A program made the translations under genes and the position numbers. Shown here piece by piece: positions 60,358 to 64,000 of a DNA stretch of 64,000 nt. Positions within the stretch are counted from its first letter, which is position 1, and every line of letters starts with the position of its first letter. The notes beneath the pieces were generated by a model. That model was not told where the DNA came from, made no database searches, and saw only the letters and a program-made list of their open reading frames with translations. Source of the DNA: Nymphaea colorata (Eukaryota); contig NC_045138.2 of the NCBI RefSeq assembly GCF_008831285.2, positions 1,054,001-1,118,000 on the forward strand, in the 5' to 3' direction.

Positions 60358-62775
60358 TCAATCATCATAATCAAAGGAGGATTGGAAGGCAGCCATGACA
60401 CTTGGGTCTTCCCACTTCAGTCTATCCAACCAGTCCTTCTCTCCCCTTATACTTTTCAATCTCCTAGATTGCTTGGGATCCAAAGGGAGCTTCTCTAGCA
60501 TTGGACATTTGCTTACATCAACGAATTCCAGAGAATGCAATGCTGAGGTACCATCATATATGATGGACAATTTTGGCAAGTTACACAGACTGAAGCCTGT
60601 TAATTTAGGGAGAACTGCCTCCTCCCTAACATGGCCTTCAATTATGACCTTCATTTCACTACAGTCAGATACCTCAACGTAGTTTAGATTCTGCAACTGT
60701 TTCAGTGATGCACAAGAAAATAAGCTTTTCAACCTATTGCAACCTTTAACTGTCAACTTTTCTAGTTTTTGGAAGTTTATACGGCCTTCAGTTCCTATGC
60801 AAATGCGCTCTAGTTTTGGTAGCGCCTCCAGCTGAAGCAAGCGCAGGTCTGGAAATATGACCTCCTTAGCATCGATTCCATTTAAAATTTCCTCTAATTC
60901 TGGGCATGAGAGCATTGAAAGTGCACGCAACCTTGTTAACTTGCATGCCTGAAATAAACTGATTCCCTTGAAGTTTGCACAACTCTCTATGGCGAATCCT
61001 TCAAGACGATCTACCAAACTACTGTTTAGAAGCCATTCAAGGCTTTCGCCGCTGTTATCGATGGTGATGTCTAGAGCATCGAGATGTGCTAAGTTCGCCA
61101 AGTCCAGCAAGTTTAGCCTATACAGAAACTCGTCTGTCCTTTTACCATCGGATCTTGTTTGCCAGTATCCATAGCTTCTATACATGTTCAGTACCTCTAA
61201 GTTTGGCAAACAAGCAAACAGGTTAGGTGGAATTTTCTTGAGATTGAGTGTGAATCCCAACCTTAGTATCTTCAGGTTCTGCAAATTCAAAAAACTTTCA
61301 GGTAGCTCTTTAACAGCAGTCAAATACAGATCCAGCACTTGAAGATTGTAAAGATGTCCAACCACCTCTACATCCTCCAACATTTTGCAAGCGTAGAAAT
61401 AGAGTGCACGAAGATTTTTCAACGAAGACACGGAAGATGGCAATGAAGCAATTCCTGTCCTATTGAGATTAAGTATCTGCAATGCATCCATGGATTGAAA
61501 GAAATCACTTGGGATCCGTGTAAGCCTCTGATTTCCTTCTAGCATCAAAATTAGCAGATGGGGACAAATTGGCTTTTCTGGGAGCCTGTCTATAGAAGTT
61601 CTCATGAGTGATATTCTCTTGGCTTTCTCCCATTCTTCTTCTTCTGGCGGCTCATGTACTCCAGGACCTGTTCTCGTCAAAAACATAGGCTCATCTCTTG
61701 ATGATGCAATCCACAAAGCCATGTCTCTGACGACACAATGCATCCTAACATTTCGAGCATAATTACCACTTTCCAACAAGCATGCATCTTTAAGATTGCT
61801 CATGACAGCAACACCCTTGTTCTCAACTTCATTGAAATCACCTACATCGGCTATCAGACCTTCCAGATACCAATTCACGCTCAAGAAGTATGTAAAAATG
61901 ATCTCGTTCTCAGGAAACAAAGATAAATACAAGAAACAATTTTTGGTAGCATCGTCCAAGTGATCAAAACTAAGTTTTAAGCTCTCCAAAACTTCGGATT
62001 TCATACCAGCAATCTCGCCAGAAGATTCCTGCAGTGTTCTCAAGGCGCTCCGCCACAGACCAACGTCGCCCTTGTCTCTCATGGCTTTTCCAACTGTTCT
62101 GATGGCCAGTGGTAGGCCCCCACACTCTCTCAAGACCTCTCTTGCAGTTTCTTCTATGCTTGGCTGCAGCACCACACTTCCTGCCTCCTCAACAAATAAC
62201 TTCCAGGCGTCGTCCTCGAACATAACTTCAACCTTTAGACTTATGTCCGCCTCCATGGTATCGCACACATGGAGAAATCTGCTTGCCATCACAACTTTGG
62301 ATAAATTATCTCTAGAGGGATTTGGAATTCCCAACTCATGCAGTTCAAAACCAGCCCAAACATCGTCTAGGATTAATAGGTACTTCCTCTCCTTTAATCT
62401 TTGGAACACTTGGTCTGCCCTTTCCTCTGTTCCATAGCATTCATATTCAGAGATACCCAAATCTCTAGCAATGCTGGACTGAATCCTTTGATAGTTGGGC
62501 TCTTTGGAAACAGTGATGAACCACATGTAATCGAACCCACCAACTTGGTTGAAGACATGCTTCACGAGGGTGGTCTTGCCCACTCCTCCCATTCCATAGA
62601 TGCCAATCATGGTAATAGTTCCATCTTGTAAATAGCTCAGGACCCTCTGTATCATCGCAGGTGCCCCTTCTTGGCCATCCAATGGTATGGCAGGAATCTC
62701 TGTGGCTAAATAATCTTCTCGATTTGACGCCTCGCCATCATAAATCCTTCTGAGTTTGTCGTCGATCACGTCCAT
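60358..62775 (-). CDS. NB-ARC-LRR disease resistance protein, RPS2/RPS5-like non-TIR class, single exon, 805 aa from the first ATG
   Basis: P-loop GMGGVGKTT, RNBS-A FDYMWFITVS, kinase-2 LLILDDVW, CGGLPLA, RNBS-D CFLYLSLFPE, MHCVVRDMA, then LRRs and a CPMLEKLP...WLDRLKW tail. Confidence 0.92.
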   Translation of the reverse strand: MDVIDDKLRRIYDGEASNREDYLATEIPAIPLDGQEGAPAMIQRVLSYLQDGTITMIGIYGMGGVGKTTLVKHVFNQVGGFDYMWFITVSKEPNYQRIQSSIARDLGISEYECYGTEERADQVFQRLKERKYLLILDDVWAGFELHELGIPNPSRDNLSKVVMASRFLHVCDTMEADISLKVEVMFEDDAWKLFVEEAGSVVLQPSIEETAREVLRECGGLPLAIRTVGKAMRDKGDVGLWRSALRTLQESSGEIAGMKSEVLESLKLSFDHLDDATKNCFLYLSLFPENEIIFTYFLSVNWYLEGLIADVGDFNEVENKGVAVMSNLKDACLLESGNYARNVRMHCVVRDMALWIASSRDEPMFLTRTGPGVHEPPEEEEWEKAKRISLMRTSIDRLPEKPICPHLLILMLEGNQRLTRIPSDFFQSMDALQILNLNRTGIASLPSSVSSLKNLRALYFYACKMLEDVEVVGHLYNLQVLDLYLTAVKELPESFLNLQNLKILRLGFTLNLKKIPPNLFACLPNLEVLNMYRSYGYWQTRSDGKRTDEFLYRLNLLDLANLAHLDALDITIDNSGESLEWLLNSSLVDRLEGFAIESCANFKGISLFQACKLTRLRALSMLSCPELEEILNGIDAKEVIFPDLRLLQLEALPKLERICIGTEGRINFQKLEKLTVKGCNRLKSLFSCASLKQLQNLNYVEVSDCSEMKVIIEGHVREEAVLPKLTGFSLCNLPKLSIIYDGTSALHSLEFVDVSKCPMLEKLPLDPKQSRRLKSIRGEKDWLDRLKWEDPSVMAAFQSSFDYDD

Positions 62776-64000
62776 CAACGTAGTTTCTGCTGCTCGATTT
62801 GTTCAGTTTATGTCAAGACGAAAAATGGGGAAGCCCTCCTTCTGAAGACTTTGTCATCGAAAGAAATATGGCCTATTCATCCTTCACCTTTCTTCCGGAC
62901 AAATCGCATCAATCTTCAGAGGCAAGACCAACCTCTTCATGGTTCAAGGCATGGGCAGTCAACAGTGGCGTCGGAGGAAGATGAACAGAACAAAGAACAA
63001 AAGAACAAAAGGCAATTTCGCGGGACACTGCAGTCATCCCGCACCAGCTCTCTTATTTTTGCTTTCTTTTTTGCCCTTTTTGGTCTCGTAGTTTCATTCA
63101 GGCCTCCATGTTTAGATATAATACCAAAAACAGGTTTACATTGCACCTTTTTCTGTAAGCTTCATTGTGGGTTCAAGGCAAAAGCAGAAAAAAGAAAGGT
63201 TTTCTTTTTCGTAGAATAACCAAAATATTCAATGTTGAATGACAAAAGTACCCTTTTCAGCACAACCAATAAATTAGCCACCGAACATGCAAGCCACTCT
63301 CACAAAAACCATCTTGTAAATTTGCCTCATAGTTCTAATTGATATATCGGTGGAGCTGAAACAAAAGAAAGAAATATTTTTCATACAAGTGAAAACATTA
63401 CTATGCTTAAAAATACGAGCTAGAAAACATGGCTTCTCACATGCGACAACAGTCCAGAACAGATCCAATTTGTACTTAAATCCATAAAAAAGTTTCAAAA
63501 AAGTGCTTCTAAAAAACTAAAAAGGAGACTCTCTTGTAAGAGAAAAAAGAAAGGAAAGGAAAAAAAGTATCTTTTCTGTAAAATAGTTGAAATACCTGAG
63601 GATAATACTTTCCGTGTGTGGTGGCTAACACATGTTAAAGGGGTATTTTTATTTTCACCTTTTCATAGGAGGTCCTTTCTAAAAGCCATTTTCGCCCTTA
63701 TAAAGTGAGGTCTTCCAGTTTACCATCAAACATGTTTTTGTTATTTTTAGTCTTACTTATTAAAAAGAATTAAAATGTTTAAAAATACAAAGGAGGTTAT
63801 GTCTTATGACATGGGAAGGGCGCTGAATTTGATATACTTTTAACAATATCAACCTTTTTGGACTCGGCTTAACTCGACTCAGTGTGCAGTTCTAGCCAAG
63901 TAGGATGGAGATATCCCCTTTGTTTATAAACAGATCAATGATGTACAAAATAAAGAATGAAAGGATAAGAAAAGAACAAATCACAAACGCAAACAAACAT

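Noticed and set aside
62072..62437. 121-aa plus-strand ORF
   Set aside because: Antisense shadow of the NB-ARC coding region.

Overview
AT-rich flowering-plant nuclear DNA with spliceosomal introns, many (AT)n/(GA)n microsatellites and many transposon remnants. Genes: (1) a 4-exon class III peroxidase of the PER43 type (minus, 258-3005); (2) five intact 10-exon plant alcohol dehydrogenases, labelled here ADH-A 13590-16730(-), ADH-B 17704-21405(-), ADH-C 26498-32719(+), ADH-D 39673-43363(+) and ADH-E 52010-54864(+). B and D are near-identical inverted copies, and B/C/D form a divergent subgroup with a GC-AG intron and changed pocket-region residues; (3) a single-exon RPS2/RPS5-like NB-ARC-LRR gene with no evident CC domain and MHC in place of MHD (minus, 60358-62775). 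The most unusual object is a 3.46-kb PIF/Harbinger transposon (9096-12559, TIRs plus TAA TSD). It carries captured dienelactone-hydrolase exon fragments, a decayed DDE transposase, and an intact small ORF with an RNase H1 N-terminal/Cauli_VI-like hybrid-binding domain. That ORF's ATG overlaps the predicted spliced stop codon of the transposase (ATGATG). Other elements: a tRNA-derived SINE with a 17-bp TSD, a non-autonomous hAT with an 8-bp TSD, (TA)n-embedded MITEs and a perfect 84-bp palindrome. Exon boundaries were read by hand and family assignments come from recalled motifs, not database searches.
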